A stretch of 64,000 nt of DNA from Gaiellales bacterium (GTDB lineage: Bacteria; Actinomycetota; Thermoleophilia; RBG-16-64-13): positions 3,166-67,165 of the forward strand of contig JAAYAL010000016.1 of assembly GCA_012719395.1 (NCBI GenBank), read 5' to 3'. A program made the position numbers and the translations under genes. The notes beneath the pieces are model-generated. The model did not search any database. It saw only the letters and a program-made list of their open reading frames with translations, and was not told the DNA's origin. Positions 39,044-48,007 of the stretch are shown piece by piece. Each line of letters opens with the position of its first letter. The first letter of the stretch is position 1.

Positions 39044-41554
39044 ATGAAAGCGGTGGTAATGGCAGGAGGACAGGGCAGCCGTCTGAGGCCGCTCACCTCG
39101 AACATCCCCAAGCCCATGGTGACCATCGGCAACAAGCCCTGCGCCCAGCACATCCTCGAGTTGCTGCAGCGGCACGGCATCAACGAGGTGGTAATGACGG
39201 TGGCCTTCCTCTCGGAGGTCATCCGCAACCACTTCGGCGACGGCTCGGCCCTGGGGATGAAGGTTGAGTACAGCGTGGAGGAGACACCCCTGGGCACGGC
39301 CGGCTCGGTCAAGAACGCCGAATCCGTGCTGGACGACACCTTCATCGTCATCAGCGGTGACGCCCTCACCGATTTCGACCTCACCCGCATCATCGGCTTT
39401 CACCAACAGCGGGGGGCCATGGTCACCATCGCTCTCAAGAGCGTGGACAATCCTCTGGAGTTCGGCGTGGTCATAGTGGACGAGGAGGGCCGCATCGAGC
39501 GCTTCCTGGAGAAGCCGGGCTGGGGCCAGGTCTTCTCGGACACCATCAACACGGGCATCTACGTGCTGGAGCCGGAGGTTTTGGACTACATCCCGTCCGG
39601 CACCGCCTACGATTTCAGCCACGAGCTGTTCCCCCGGCTGTTCGAGATGCGCAAGCCGCTGTACGGCTCATTGCAGGAAGGATACTGGCAGGACATCGGC
39701 AATCTGGAGCAGTACCTCCAGGCCAACCGCGATGCGCTGGACGGTCGCGTGAAGCTACAACTGCCCGGCGTGCGCCTGCGGGGAAACGTGTGGGTGGGCG
39801 AAGGGGTGGGGCTGGACAACCTGGAAAGGGTCGAGGGCCCGGCGGTCATCGGCAACTACGCCCGCATCGAAGCCCAGGCCTCCATCGGCCCGCACATGGT
39901 CCTGGGCAACAACGTGGTACTCAGGTCGGGATCCCATGTGGCCGGCTCGGTCATCGGTGACAACTCCTACGTCGCGAGCGGCGCCCGCGTCACTGGGGCC
40001 GTGGTGGGCGGCTCGGTCGACATCCGAGCGAACGCCGTGGTCTCCGAGGGCGCGGTGGTGGGAGACCAGTGCTCGGTGGGGGAGAACGCCTTCGTGGGGA
40101 ACGGAGTGAAGGTGTACCCCTTCAAGACCATCGAGGCCGGCTCCTCCGTGAAGACCAGCCTCATCTGGGAGACACGCGGAGCCAGCGCGCTGTTCGGCAA
40201 GTCGGGTGTGCGCGGACTGGTGAATGTGGACATCACGCCGGAGAAGGCCATGCGTTTGGCCATGTCCTACGGGACTCTCATGAGCAAGGGGGCCTTCGTT
40301 ACCGCCAGCCGCGATTCCCACGCGGCGAGCCGCGTCCTCAAGCGCGCCATCATCACCGGCCTCAACTCGGCAGGGATCTCCGTGCGTGACCTGGAGGTGG
40401 TTCCCGTCTGTGTCAACCGCTTCGACCTCAAGGGCGGGAAGGCGGACGCCGGCATCCATGTCCGCCTGTTCCAAGACGATGCCGAGCAGGTGGAGATTCT
40501 CTTCTCCGAGCCTCCGGGCATTCCCATCCAGGCCAAGCGTGAGCGCAATATTGAGAACTACTATCATCGGGAGGACTTCCGTCGGGCATTGATGGATGAG
40601 GTGGGGACGATTGAGTTCCCCAGCCGCTTGGTGGAAAGCTACCAGTCTGCTTGTCTGGCCGGCTGGGACAGCGAGGCTATCCGCCGAAGTGGCCTGCGCG
40701 TGGTGGTGGACTACTCGGGCTCGGCTGCGGCCGGGATCTTGCCGCGCCTCATGGACCAGCTGGAGCTTGCTGTGCTGAGCGCCAGCGGCGCCAGGGACAT
40801 ACCACAGCAGCGTTCGTATCAGTCCACGTTGCCGCTTGAAGTGGAGAAGACCGCTCGCCTCATCCAGGCCATGGAGGCGGACATGGGCATTCTCCTTGAC
40901 CCGGGCGCCGAGCATTTGGTGGTTCTGGACGAGTTCGGCCGGCGCGTCTCCGACCACAAGCTGCTCATGCTGCTGGCGGCGCAGGCCTGTCAAGACGAGG
41001 GCTCGGGCGTGGTGGCTCTGCCCCTGACCGTCTCAGACCGAGTGGAGGAACTGGTGCTGAGCCACGGCGCCACTGTGCGTCGCACCAAGGTCTCTCCCGC
41101 TGAGCTTATGGCGCAGGCTGCGCAGCCCGGCACCATCTTTGCCGGGAGCGCTTCGGGTGGCTTCATCTTCCCCTCCTTCTCTTCCGGCATGGATGCCATC
41201 TACGCCTATGGGAAGGTGCTTGAGTTGGCGGCCAGGAAGGATAGGCCCCTCTCTCGCTTGGTGGACGAACTGCCTGACGTCTACCTCACGCACAACACGG
41301 TACCTTGTCCCTGGCATCTGAAAGGCGCCGTCATGCGCCTCATGGTGGAAGAGTTGAAGGAGAAGGAGGTCTCCCTCATCGACGGCATCAAGGTGACGAC
41401 CAGGCCGGGGCAATGGGTGCAGTTACTGCCCGACGCCGACGAGCCCGTGTTCCACATCTACGCCGAGTCTACCGACGCGGTTGCCGCGGACACTGAAGCG
41501 GCCTCCTTTGGGCGGCGGCTGGAAGCCTTGATCGCGGAGCGCCGCGGGGAGTAG
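39044..41554 (+). CDS. Sugar-phosphate (mannose-1-P) nucleotidyltransferase with hexapeptide repeats and PMM/PGM-like C-terminal domains
   Basis: [53 protein letters not shown], left-handed beta-helix repeats, then [12 protein letters not shown]-like fold. Confidence 0.88.
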   Translation: MKAVVMAGGQGSRLRPLTSNIPKPMVTIGNKPCAQHILELLQRHGINEVVMTVAFLSEVIRNHFGDGSALGMKVEYSVEETPLGTAGSVKNAESVLDDTFIVISGDALTDFDLTRIIGFHQQRGAMVTIALKSVDNPLEFGVVIVDEEGRIERFLEKPGWGQVFSDTINTGIYVLEPEVLDYIPSGTAYDFSHELFPRLFEMRKPLYGSLQEGYWQDIGNLEQYLQANRDALDGRVKLQLPGVRLRGNVWVGEGVGLDNLERVEGPAVIGNYARIEAQASIGPHMVLGNNVVLRSGSHVAGSVIGDNSYVASGARVTGAVVGGSVDIRANAVVSEGAVVGDQCSVGENAFVGNGVKVYPFKTIEAGSSVKTSLIWETRGASALFGKSGVRGLVNVDITPEKAMRLAMSYGTLMSKGAFVTASRDSHAASRVLKRAIITGLNSAGISVRDLEVVPVCVNRFDLKGGKADAGIHVRLFQDDAEQVEILFSEPPGIPIQAKRERNIENYYHREDFRRALMDEVGTIEFPSRLVESYQSACLAGWDSEAIRRSGLRVVVDYSGSAAAGILPRLMDQLELAVLSASGARDIPQQRSYQSTLPLEVEKTARLIQAMEADMGILLDPGAEHLVVLDEFGRRVSDHKLLMLLAAQACQDEGSGVVALPLTVSDRVEELVLSHGATVRRTKVSPAELMAQAAQPGTIFAGSASGGFIFPSFSSGMDAIYAYGKVLELAARKDRPLSRLVDELPDVYLTHNTVPCPWHLKGAVMRLMVEELKEKEVSLIDGIKVTTRPGQWVQLLPDADEPVFHIYAESTDAVAADTEAASFGRRLEALIAERRGE

Positions 41555-41560
41555 CAGCGG

Positions 41561-42298
41561 GTGAGGCCCGGGATCAGGAGCAGTCTTGCGGCAACTGTGC
41601 TCATGCTCGTGCTTGGGTTCCTGCTGGTGGCCGTCTTGCGCTCCCAAGGCGGCCTGGCCCAGGCTGCCTCCAGCGGCCACCCACAGGACGACCTGATCCG
41701 GATGGTGCAGGGGTTGGAGGCAGATCGGGAGACCCTGGAGATGCAGGTGGCGGAGTCACGCCGCGCGCTGGACGAACTGGGAAGGCGGCTGGCTGCTTCA
41801 CGTGGGCTGCGTGACCAGTTCATCGCGCGGGCGGACACGCTGCAGATGGAGGCCGGCCTCGTGGCGGTGCAGGGCCCCGGTATGCGCGTCACCATCTCCG
41901 ACAATGACCAACCGCCCGAGAACGCCGCCAACCCCAGCAACTACATCGTGCATGACTACGACCTGCGCGTGCTCGTGAACGCGCTGTGGAAGGGAGGTGC
42001 CGAGGCTATCGCCATCAACGGCGAGCGGCTCACGTTGATGTCCGCCATCCGCTGCGTGGGTACAACGGTCCTGATCAACAACCAGCAGGTCACTTCTCCC
42101 TTCGTCATAGACGCCATCGGGGACAGTGAGAGGATGACGGCTGCACTCGACTCTGACGCCGATGCCCTGGCCCTCACGGTGGAGCAGGCGATCACCTTTC
42201 AACTTGGTTACAGCGCACAGCCGGCAAGCGAGCTCCGTATCCCCGCTTATCAGGGCGTCCTCGTTCCCACCGCGCTCACTACTACGGAGCAGACATAG
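41561..42298 (+). CDS. DUF881 domain protein
   Basis: N-terminal TM, coiled coil, AGLVAVQGPGMRVTISD, VHDYDLRVLVNALWKGGAEAIAINGERL. Confidence 0.9.
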   Translation: MRPGIRSSLAATVLMLVLGFLLVAVLRSQGGLAQAASSGHPQDDLIRMVQGLEADRETLEMQVAESRRALDELGRRLAASRGLRDQFIARADTLQMEAGLVAVQGPGMRVTISDNDQPPENAANPSNYIVHDYDLRVLVNALWKGGAEAIAINGERLTLMSAIRCVGTTVLINNQQVTSPFVIDAIGDSERMTAALDSDADALALTVEQAITFQLGYSAQPASELRIPAYQGVLVPTALTTTEQT

Positions 42299-42648
42299 TG
42301 AGCCCCGCTCCGCGCCGCCGTCTCTACCTGCCACTGGCGGGGCTGGCTGTGGGCGTGGTTGTCGGCCTTTTGATCCAGTTCGACCTCCCGGTTGCCTACG
42401 CGCGCTATCTGACGCTGGTGGTACTGGTGGCGCTCGACTCCGCCCTCGGGGGCCTTCGCGCTGCCCTTGAGCACCAGTTCGAAGACAGGCTTCTGCTGAC
42501 GGGCTTCCTGTGGAACGCCGCGTGTGGCGTAGGGCTCGCCTTCCTGGGTGACCACTTGGGCGCGAATCTCTACCTGGCGGTGGTCTTGGCGCTTGGTCTA
42601 CGTCTCTTCCGCACGGCGGCCGCCCTCAGACGGCTGGTCTTCACCTGA
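42298..42648 (+). CDS. Small basic family membrane protein (DUF1290/Sbp)
   Basis: YARYL.LVVLVALDSALGGLRA.LE..F, LAFLGDHLG..LYLAVV.ALG.RLF; between two DUF881 genes. Confidence 0.88.
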   Translation: MSPAPRRRLYLPLAGLAVGVVVGLLIQFDLPVAYARYLTLVVLVALDSALGGLRAALEHQFEDRLLLTGFLWNAACGVGLAFLGDHLGANLYLAVVLALGLRLFRTAAALRRLVFT

Positions 42649-42652
42649 GCAG

Positions 42653-43387
42653 ATGGGGCCCCGCCGCCACATCACTGCGTCACGCCAGGGGCGGGGAGGC
42701 CCCAGGCGCCGGTGGGGATGGGTGGTGCTGCTCTTCTGTACCGCTCTGGGTTTCTTGCTGGTGGCGCAGGGTGGCTCCGGGCCGGAGGAGAGGCGCAACC
42801 TGCACACGCTGGATGTGGTGGAACTGGTCGGGCTGGTGGAGAACTTGAGCAGAGAAACGACTGCACTGCGGGAAGAGGCGGCCGACCTCGCCATACGGCT
42901 GGCTGAGCGTCAGTCCCAGTTCGCTTCTGAGGCCGTACTGACTTCGCAAGAGGAGGGTGACGTCGAAGCGCTGGAGTTGCTGGTGGGGCTTCGCGAGGGG
43001 AGGGGACCCGGCATTGTTCTCGAGATCTCCGACTCCCTGGGAGAGCTCACACCGTTTGATCTCGAGCAGTTGGTGGCCGAATTGCGGTCGTCGGGAGCGG
43101 AGGCCATCGTGCTCAACGCAGTTCGCCTGGAGGTCAATGCTCACTTCGCGGGCGTTTCACCCTCGCTGACAGCCAACGGGCAGAGAGTGCAGCAACCGTA
43201 CATCGTGCAGGCGATCGGCCCTCCGGATGCTCTGGCCCTGTCGCTGGAGCTGCCCGGTGGTCTGCTCTCTGCTCTCCGCGCCCTGCCCGGCGTCAGGGCA
43301 TCGCTCCACGTGGAAGACGTCATCACTGTTCCTTCCCGCTCCCGAGTCGGCACGCTCTTCGAGTATGCGACGCGACCCACAGAGTAG
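42653..43387 (+). CDS. DUF881 domain protein
   Basis: TM helix, coiled coil, GPGIVLEISD, VAELRSSGAEAIVLN, PYIVQAIG; ATG at 42653. Confidence 0.85.
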   Translation: MGPRRHITASRQGRGGPRRRWGWVVLLFCTALGFLLVAQGGSGPEERRNLHTLDVVELVGLVENLSRETTALREEAADLAIRLAERQSQFASEAVLTSQEEGDVEALELLVGLREGRGPGIVLEISDSLGELTPFDLEQLVAELRSSGAEAIVLNAVRLEVNAHFAGVSPSLTANGQRVQQPYIVQAIGPPDALALSLELPGGLLSALRALPGVRASLHVEDVITVPSRSRVGTLFEYATRPTE

Positions 43388-45143
43388 TGGACGCGGGGCA
43401 CGCCGTTCACCGCGTCGCTGGGGGCCTGCAGTGGCGGCCCTGCTACTGGTGCTCGCAGGCTTGGTGGCAGCCGATTTCGCGCTCTCGCAAGGAGCCGTGC
43501 ACCATGGTGTTCATATATGGGGGGTGGACGTGTCCGGGGCGTCCCCAACAGAAATAGCCGTGCGCATGGCGGACAGGCCGGCCGCCCTTCTGGGTACGCC
43601 CCTCACGGTGAGCGTTGCGGAGAATGACGGAGAAATCCTCTTGGTGCCGGCAGACATGGGCTTGCGGCTCGACCTGACTGGGACCACGGCGGAGGCCATG
43701 GCACAGGGACGGTCCGGTGGCCCTCTGCGCGCCGCTATCGAGCGCTTGGGACTGTGGCTACGCCCGGTCAACCTCGCGCCCGTGCTTGGCCTGGACTCGG
43801 TTCGGTGGCAGGCGGCCTGCGATGAGCTGGCACTGCGTGTGGAGCGGATGGCGGAAGATGCCCAGCTCATTCTGCAGGATGGGGAGCCCAAGGTGGTGGC
43901 TGCAGTCATCGGGTTGGTCATCGATCGCGCGGAGCTCGAGCGCCGCGTGCGCCACGCTGTACTGTCCGGGTCGGGCTCGGTGGAATGCCCCCACCTCGTT
44001 GTGCAGCCGGAAGTGAGCACGGAGGAGGCCGTCGCGGCGCTGGCTGCCGCCAGAGGGTTCTTCTCCGCCGCGGTCACCGTGCGCTATCAAGCCCTGTCCA
44101 TCGACATCACACGCGAGGAACTGCTGCGGATCGCCGGATTCCTCCCCACGGCAACGACGACCGGCCGACCCGTGACGGTGGATACCGAGGCGGGCCGCGC
44201 CCTGCTGTCACAGAAGCTGGCGGTGTTTGAACGTGAGGCGGTCGATGCCCAGGTGGTGCCCTCGGCCGATGGACATTCTTACACAGTGGTGCCCAGCCAG
44301 GACGGCATCGCCGTGGATTGGGAGAAGCTGATCCGCGCCATCGATGAGCTCGCCCTGGCCCGCGACCGCCCGTACGTGCCGCTTCCCGTCATCGTCACAC
44401 ACCCCAAGCTCACCTCGCTGGATGCCGAGTTGCTCAAGGATCGCCTGCCCGTGGCCAGCTTCACAACCTACTTTTCCCCGGATAACGCGGCGCGCGTCAA
44501 CAACATTCGGCAGGTGGCTCAGATGTTGGACGGCCGAGTCATCCGGCCGGGGGAGACCTTCTCCTTCAACGAAGCCGTGGGTCCCAGGACCAAGGCCGCC
44601 GGCTTCGACGAGGCGCCCGTCATCAGCAACGGTGTCCTCACGCCGGGGGTGGGAGGCGGCATCTGCCAGGTCTCCACCACCCTGTTCAATGCCGCTCTGC
44701 TGGCAGGACTGCCCATCGTGGAACGATCGCCTCACTCCTTCTACATTGAGCGCTACCCGGTGGGCCGCGACGCCACCGTCTCCTATGGCGCCCAGGACCT
44801 GCGCTTCACCAATGACACGGACAACCTCCTCATTCTCAGCCTGGAGGCGGGGCAGGACTACGTGCTGGCCACGTTTTCCGCCACGCACTGGGACCGGCAC
44901 GGCGTGTGTGAAGAAGCGGAGATCAGCAACGTGCGACCGCCCCACAGCACGGCCGACCACCCGCGCATGTACCTGGATCCCGAATTGGGGCCGGGACAGC
45001 GATCGGAGGTGGAGGAGGGCATAAAGGCGCGCACCGTGCGCGTGACTCGCCGGGTCTATTCCGAGGACGGCGCGCTGCTCTGGGAGGACTCGTTCTTGAG
45101 CGAGTATGCGCCAAAGGAGTGGGTGGTGCGAGTGGGGGCGTGA
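43365..45143 (+). CDS. VanW family protein with peptidoglycan-binding domains
   Basis: N-terminal TM, GVHIWGVDVSG, VanW core RVNNI..., PGETFSFNE.VG.R, GGGICQVSTTLFNA, ERSPHS..Y..GRDAT, DLRF.ND; start uncertain. Confidence 0.87.
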   Translation: MRRDPQSSGRGARRSPRRWGPAVAALLLVLAGLVAADFALSQGAVHHGVHIWGVDVSGASPTEIAVRMADRPAALLGTPLTVSVAENDGEILLVPADMGLRLDLTGTTAEAMAQGRSGGPLRAAIERLGLWLRPVNLAPVLGLDSVRWQAACDELALRVERMAEDAQLILQDGEPKVVAAVIGLVIDRAELERRVRHAVLSGSGSVECPHLVVQPEVSTEEAVAALAAARGFFSAAVTVRYQALSIDITREELLRIAGFLPTATTTGRPVTVDTEAGRALLSQKLAVFEREAVDAQVVPSADGHSYTVVPSQDGIAVDWEKLIRAIDELALARDRPYVPLPVIVTHPKLTSLDAELLKDRLPVASFTTYFSPDNAARVNNIRQVAQMLDGRVIRPGETFSFNEAVGPRTKAAGFDEAPVISNGVLTPGVGGGICQVSTTLFNAALLAGLPIVERSPHSFYIERYPVGRDATVSYGAQDLRFTNDTDNLLILSLEAGQDYVLATFSATHWDRHGVCEEAEISNVRPPHSTADHPRMYLDPELGPGQRSEVEEGIKARTVRVTRRVYSEDGALLWEDSFLSEYAPKEWVVRVGA

Positions 45144-45185
45144 AGCACCATGGGCCCTGCCGGCTCGCGTGTGGGCGGGCAAGGG

Positions 45186-45208
45186 CGCTCACACGCCCGT
45201 TGTGAGCG
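45186..45208. terminator. Hairpin between the convergent vanW-like gene and mglA
   Basis: CGCTCAC-N9-GTGAGCG 7-bp inverted repeat next to the mglA stop; no clear U tract. Confidence 0.35.
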
Positions 45209-45793
45209 TCACACCGCGGCGGTGCGGGCGATGACCTGCTTGCAGATGGTCTTCAAGGTCTCGAACACACCCATCCCTGTGAGAGCCGAGGACTCCAACA
45301 CCGGAGCATTGGTGTGGTTGAGAAGGTCGGAGAGGTCTTGGGGGGAGAATATCTCAGGAAGATCCCTCTTGTTCAGTTGCAGCACGGTGGCCAAGCGGTT
45401 GAGCTCGTCCCCCTGTGACCTGATGTTGTCCCACAGATTGAGGTAGCTCTCCACGTTCTCGTCCAGACGGCAGATCTGGCTGTCCACCACGAACACCACG
45501 CCGTCGACCCCCTGCAGCACCAACCGCCGCGAGGCGTTGTAGTGCGACTGCCCGGGAACGGTGTAGAGGTGGAACCTGGTCTTCATGCCTTTGACCGACC
45601 CCAGGGACAGTGGGAGGAAGTCGAAGTAGAGGGTGCGTTCCTCCTCGGTGGCGATGCTCACCAGCTTGCCGCGGGTGTTGGGGTTGACCTTCTTGTGAAT
45701 GTACTGGATATTGGTGGTCTTCCCACACAGTCCACAGCCGTAGTAGACGATCTTGTAGTTGATCTCCCGGGCGGCGAAATTGATCAAAGGCAT
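45209..45793 (-). CDS. mglA: MglA small Ras-like GTPase (Myxococcus/Thermus-type)
   Basis: INF..REIN.KIVYYG.GLCGKTTN, ERTLYFDFLPL, FHLYTVPGQ, GVDGVVFVVDSQ, NKRDL. Confidence 0.95.
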   Translation of the reverse strand: MPLINFAAREINYKIVYYGCGLCGKTTNIQYIHKKVNPNTRGKLVSIATEEERTLYFDFLPLSLGSVKGMKTRFHLYTVPGQSHYNASRRLVLQGVDGVVFVVDSQICRLDENVESYLNLWDNIRSQGDELNRLATVLQLNKRDLPEIFSPQDLSDLLNHTNAPVLESSALTGMGVFETLKTICKQVIARTAAV

Positions 45794-45798
45794 AGCAC

Positions 45799-46251
45799 TT
45801 AGTCCACCCCTCCGAAGAGATCGTCCACTGCTTCTGAGGCTTCCACGGTGTACTGCTTGTCAACTACAGCGAGGTCGATGTCCTCCTCCGCCGCGCGGAA
45901 CAGCGGCCCCAAAGCCTCAATGGCCCGAGCCGTGTAAAGCCTCACCTTCCCCACCTGAGTATCGCGACCGAAAGCCACCACCAGCAACACTCTATCCGTC
46001 ACCTGCGCCACGTGCAGGTTGGAGTTCCGTCCTTCGTGGAAGAGCAGCGTGAACTCCCGCTCATTGAGAACGGCCGCCAGTTGTTGAGTGGCGGCAAAGG
46101 AACTGGCTGCCAGCGAAGCCAGCGACAACATGTCCGATTGGGCGTCCGCCGGCGAACAGGTGATGGGCTGACCGCTGGTGGAGACGATGGAGATGAAGCG
46201 AACCCCCGATGATGCATGGAGATCATTGAGGATCTGATCCACCAACCTCAT
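45799..46251 (-). CDS. mglB: MglB roadblock/LC7 GTPase-activating protein
   Basis: SLASLAA, EF...FHEG, VLLVVAF...T.VG.VRL, acidic C-terminal DDLF helix; immediately upstream of mglA; ATG at 46251. Confidence 0.9.
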   Translation of the reverse strand: MRLVDQILNDLHASSGVRFISIVSTSGQPITCSPADAQSDMLSLASLAASSFAATQQLAAVLNEREFTLLFHEGRNSNLHVAQVTDRVLLVVAFGRDTQVGKVRLYTARAIEALGPLFRAAEEDIDLAVVDKQYTVEASEAVDDLFGGVD

Positions 46252-46326
46252 GCGTCTGCTGCTTATGACGAGGCCCCTGCGGAGCGCCAAAGCGACTACC
46301 TTCCCCCGGTGGTTCCCTTGTCCGAG

Positions 46327-46335
46327 AGTATAACA
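46327..46335 (-). promoter_or_regulatory. Putative extended -10 promoter for mglBA
   Basis: Minus strand TG-T-TATACT. Confidence 0.5.
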
Positions 46336-46421
46336 ACACTGCAGGTCAAGCTGACCCACAGTCGCGCTTCCGGTCCCGGGAATGCCCAAGACAGGGCTTC
46401 GGCAGAGCGCCGGGTGGCCTG

Positions 46422-46430
46422 TGTTATGAT
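46422..46430 (+). promoter_or_regulatory. Putative extended -10 promoter for gcvH and the RsiG-like gene
   Basis: TG-T-TATGAT upstream of the AAAGGAG RBS of gcvH. Confidence 0.5.
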
Positions 46431-46463
46431 GGATGTGGCTCTGCAGGCTCGAAAGGAGAGGTA

Positions 46464-46850
46464 GTGAACCCCAAGGACTTCAGGTTCCACAAGGAGCATG
46501 ACTGGGTCCGTGTGGAGGGTGATATCGCCGCTTTCGGCGTCACCGATTACGCGCAGAAGACACTGGGTGACATTGTATATGTGGAATTGCCGGAAGTGGG
46601 CACGGAAGTGGCGGCAAATGATTCCTATGCTGAAGTCGAGTCGGTGAAAGCGGTTTCAGACGTCATCAGCCCGCTGAGTGGAATTGTCGTTGAGATCAAC
46701 GAAGAGGCAGTTGATGCCCCGGAGATCATCAACAAGAGCCCTTATGATGAGGGTTGGCTGGTGAGGGTACGCTATTCGAACCCTGCAGAACTAGATGACC
46801 TTATGACGTATGACGAGTATGAGCAGATGGTGCGTGAGCTGGAGACCTGA
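46464..46850 (+). CDS. gcvH: Glycine cleavage system H protein (lipoyl carrier)
   Basis: HKEHDWV, GVTDYAQ..LGDIVYVELP, VESVKAVSD (lipoyl Lys), IN..PY..GWL. Confidence 0.96.
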   Translation: MNPKDFRFHKEHDWVRVEGDIAAFGVTDYAQKTLGDIVYVELPEVGTEVAANDSYAEVESVKAVSDVISPLSGIVVEINEEAVDAPEIINKSPYDEGWLVRVRYSNPAELDDLMTYDEYEQMVRELET

Positions 46851-47140
46851 TGGATGCTGACGACTCATTCCAGGTTCTGATCGGGATTCAGTCTTACACG
46901 GACGACGAGCTGAAGTCTTTGGCTGCGCAGCTGGAACTTGAGGAGAAGGATATCTCCCGCCGACGGAGGATCCTCCACGGTAAGCTGGATATCCTGCGGG
47001 CCGAGATGGTTCGTAGGCTGCGTGACAAGCGCGGCGCGGGGGGGACGTTGGTGGGAGAGGATGACATCGCTCGCCTGTCGGAGATACTGAGCACGCGCTC
47101 GGGAAAGTGGCAGCCACCCAGCCCGCCCGGGGAGGACTGA
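46850..47140 (+). CDS. rsiG: RsiG-like single-motif c-di-GMP-binding anti-sigma factor
   Basis: DELKSL..QLELEEKDISRRRRILHGKLDILRAE: E32-x3-S36-x2-R39-x3-H43-x3-D47 matches the RsiG E-x3-S-x2-R-x3-Q-x3-D signature with Q to H; 96 aa, one copy. Confidence 0.75.
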   Translation: MDADDSFQVLIGIQSYTDDELKSLAAQLELEEKDISRRRRILHGKLDILRAEMVRRLRDKRGAGGTLVGEDDIARLSEILSTRSGKWQPPSPPGED

Positions 47141-47217
47141 CCGGGCCGGGGACGGGTGTCATAGAATCGAATGATCCTATCGGTTGGCGGGGGTATCCAA
47201 CGGAAGAGGGGGGTTCG

Positions 47218-47514
47218 GTGGCAGGGATAGTCTCACGAGGCGTTGGCGCAATCAGAGCCGTGTTCATGCAGGCAACAGCGGGGATTCGGGAAGAGCGTGT
47301 GATCCGCTACATGCTCAACGAGATGCAGAGAGGCAAAGCCTACGACGAGATCGTGGGCGAGGCGTACGTTGTCAACCACACCACGGCGGAATCACGGGCC
47401 CGTTTGGTGGAGAACCCTCGCATCCTGAGTGGTATTGAAGACCAGTTGGCCGGTGGGCGCTACACGTACAAAGTCGACTACGCCACCGTTCGCGCCACCG
47501 ACAGGACCGAATAG
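47218..47514 (+). CDS. Small hypothetical protein
   Basis: GTG at 47218 after GAGGGGG; REERVIRYMLNEMQRGKAYDEIVGEAYV helical core; no family recognised. Confidence 0.6.
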   Translation: MAGIVSRGVGAIRAVFMQATAGIREERVIRYMLNEMQRGKAYDEIVGEAYVVNHTTAESRARLVENPRILSGIEDQLAGGRYTYKVDYATVRATDRTE

Positions 47515-47536
47515 CCGTAGGAGCCACTGACAACGA

Positions 47537-48007
47537 ATGATCGCCTGTGCCAAATGTGGGTTTGAAGCGGACGAGAACGCCAACTTCTGCAGTCGTTGCG
47601 GCGCCCGCCTCTCGGAGCGTGATGCGTCAGAGCACACGGCTGTGTTCGACGCTCCGTTGCTGGAGGATGACCTTGACGCAACTCTGGAGCATGAAGAAGC
47701 ATCTTTCCGTTCTCCCGTTCTGATCATCCGCTCCGGTGGTGGGAGAGAGGGAGAGGAGGTCGCCGTGGCCGGTGATGTCCTCACCATCGGCCGCAATCCG
47801 GAGAGCGGGCTCTTTCTTGATGACATTACCGTGTCGCGGCACCACGCTCGTGTCGTGCGGGACCCTGCCGGTTTTGCCATAGAAGATCTCAACAGCCTCA
47901 ACGGTACTTACGTGAATCGGCGCCCTGTTGAGCGTCAGCACCTCCACCACACGGACGAGGTGCAGATAGGGAAGTTCAAGCTGGTATTCTTGGAGCCACG
48001 CAGTTGA
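47537..48007 (+). CDS. Zinc-ribbon + FHA domain protein (GarA/OdhI-like)
   Basis: CAKC..FCSRCG zinc ribbon; EHTAVF; FHA motifs IGRNP..LDDITVSRHHA, DLNSLNGTYVN, IGKFKL. Confidence 0.9.
   Translation: MIACAKCGFEADENANFCSRCGARLSERDASEHTAVFDAPLLEDDLDATLEHEEASFRSPVLIIRSGGGREGEEVAVAGDVLTIGRNPESGLFLDDITVSRHHARVVRDPAGFAIEDLNSLNGTYVNRRPVERQHLHHTDEVQIGKFKLVFLEPRS

Noticed and set aside
46340-46460. Possible glycine riboswitch upstream of gcvH
   Set aside because: The conserved GGAGA/CCGAAG/CTCTCAGG elements are not present, and the region is accounted for by divergent promoters
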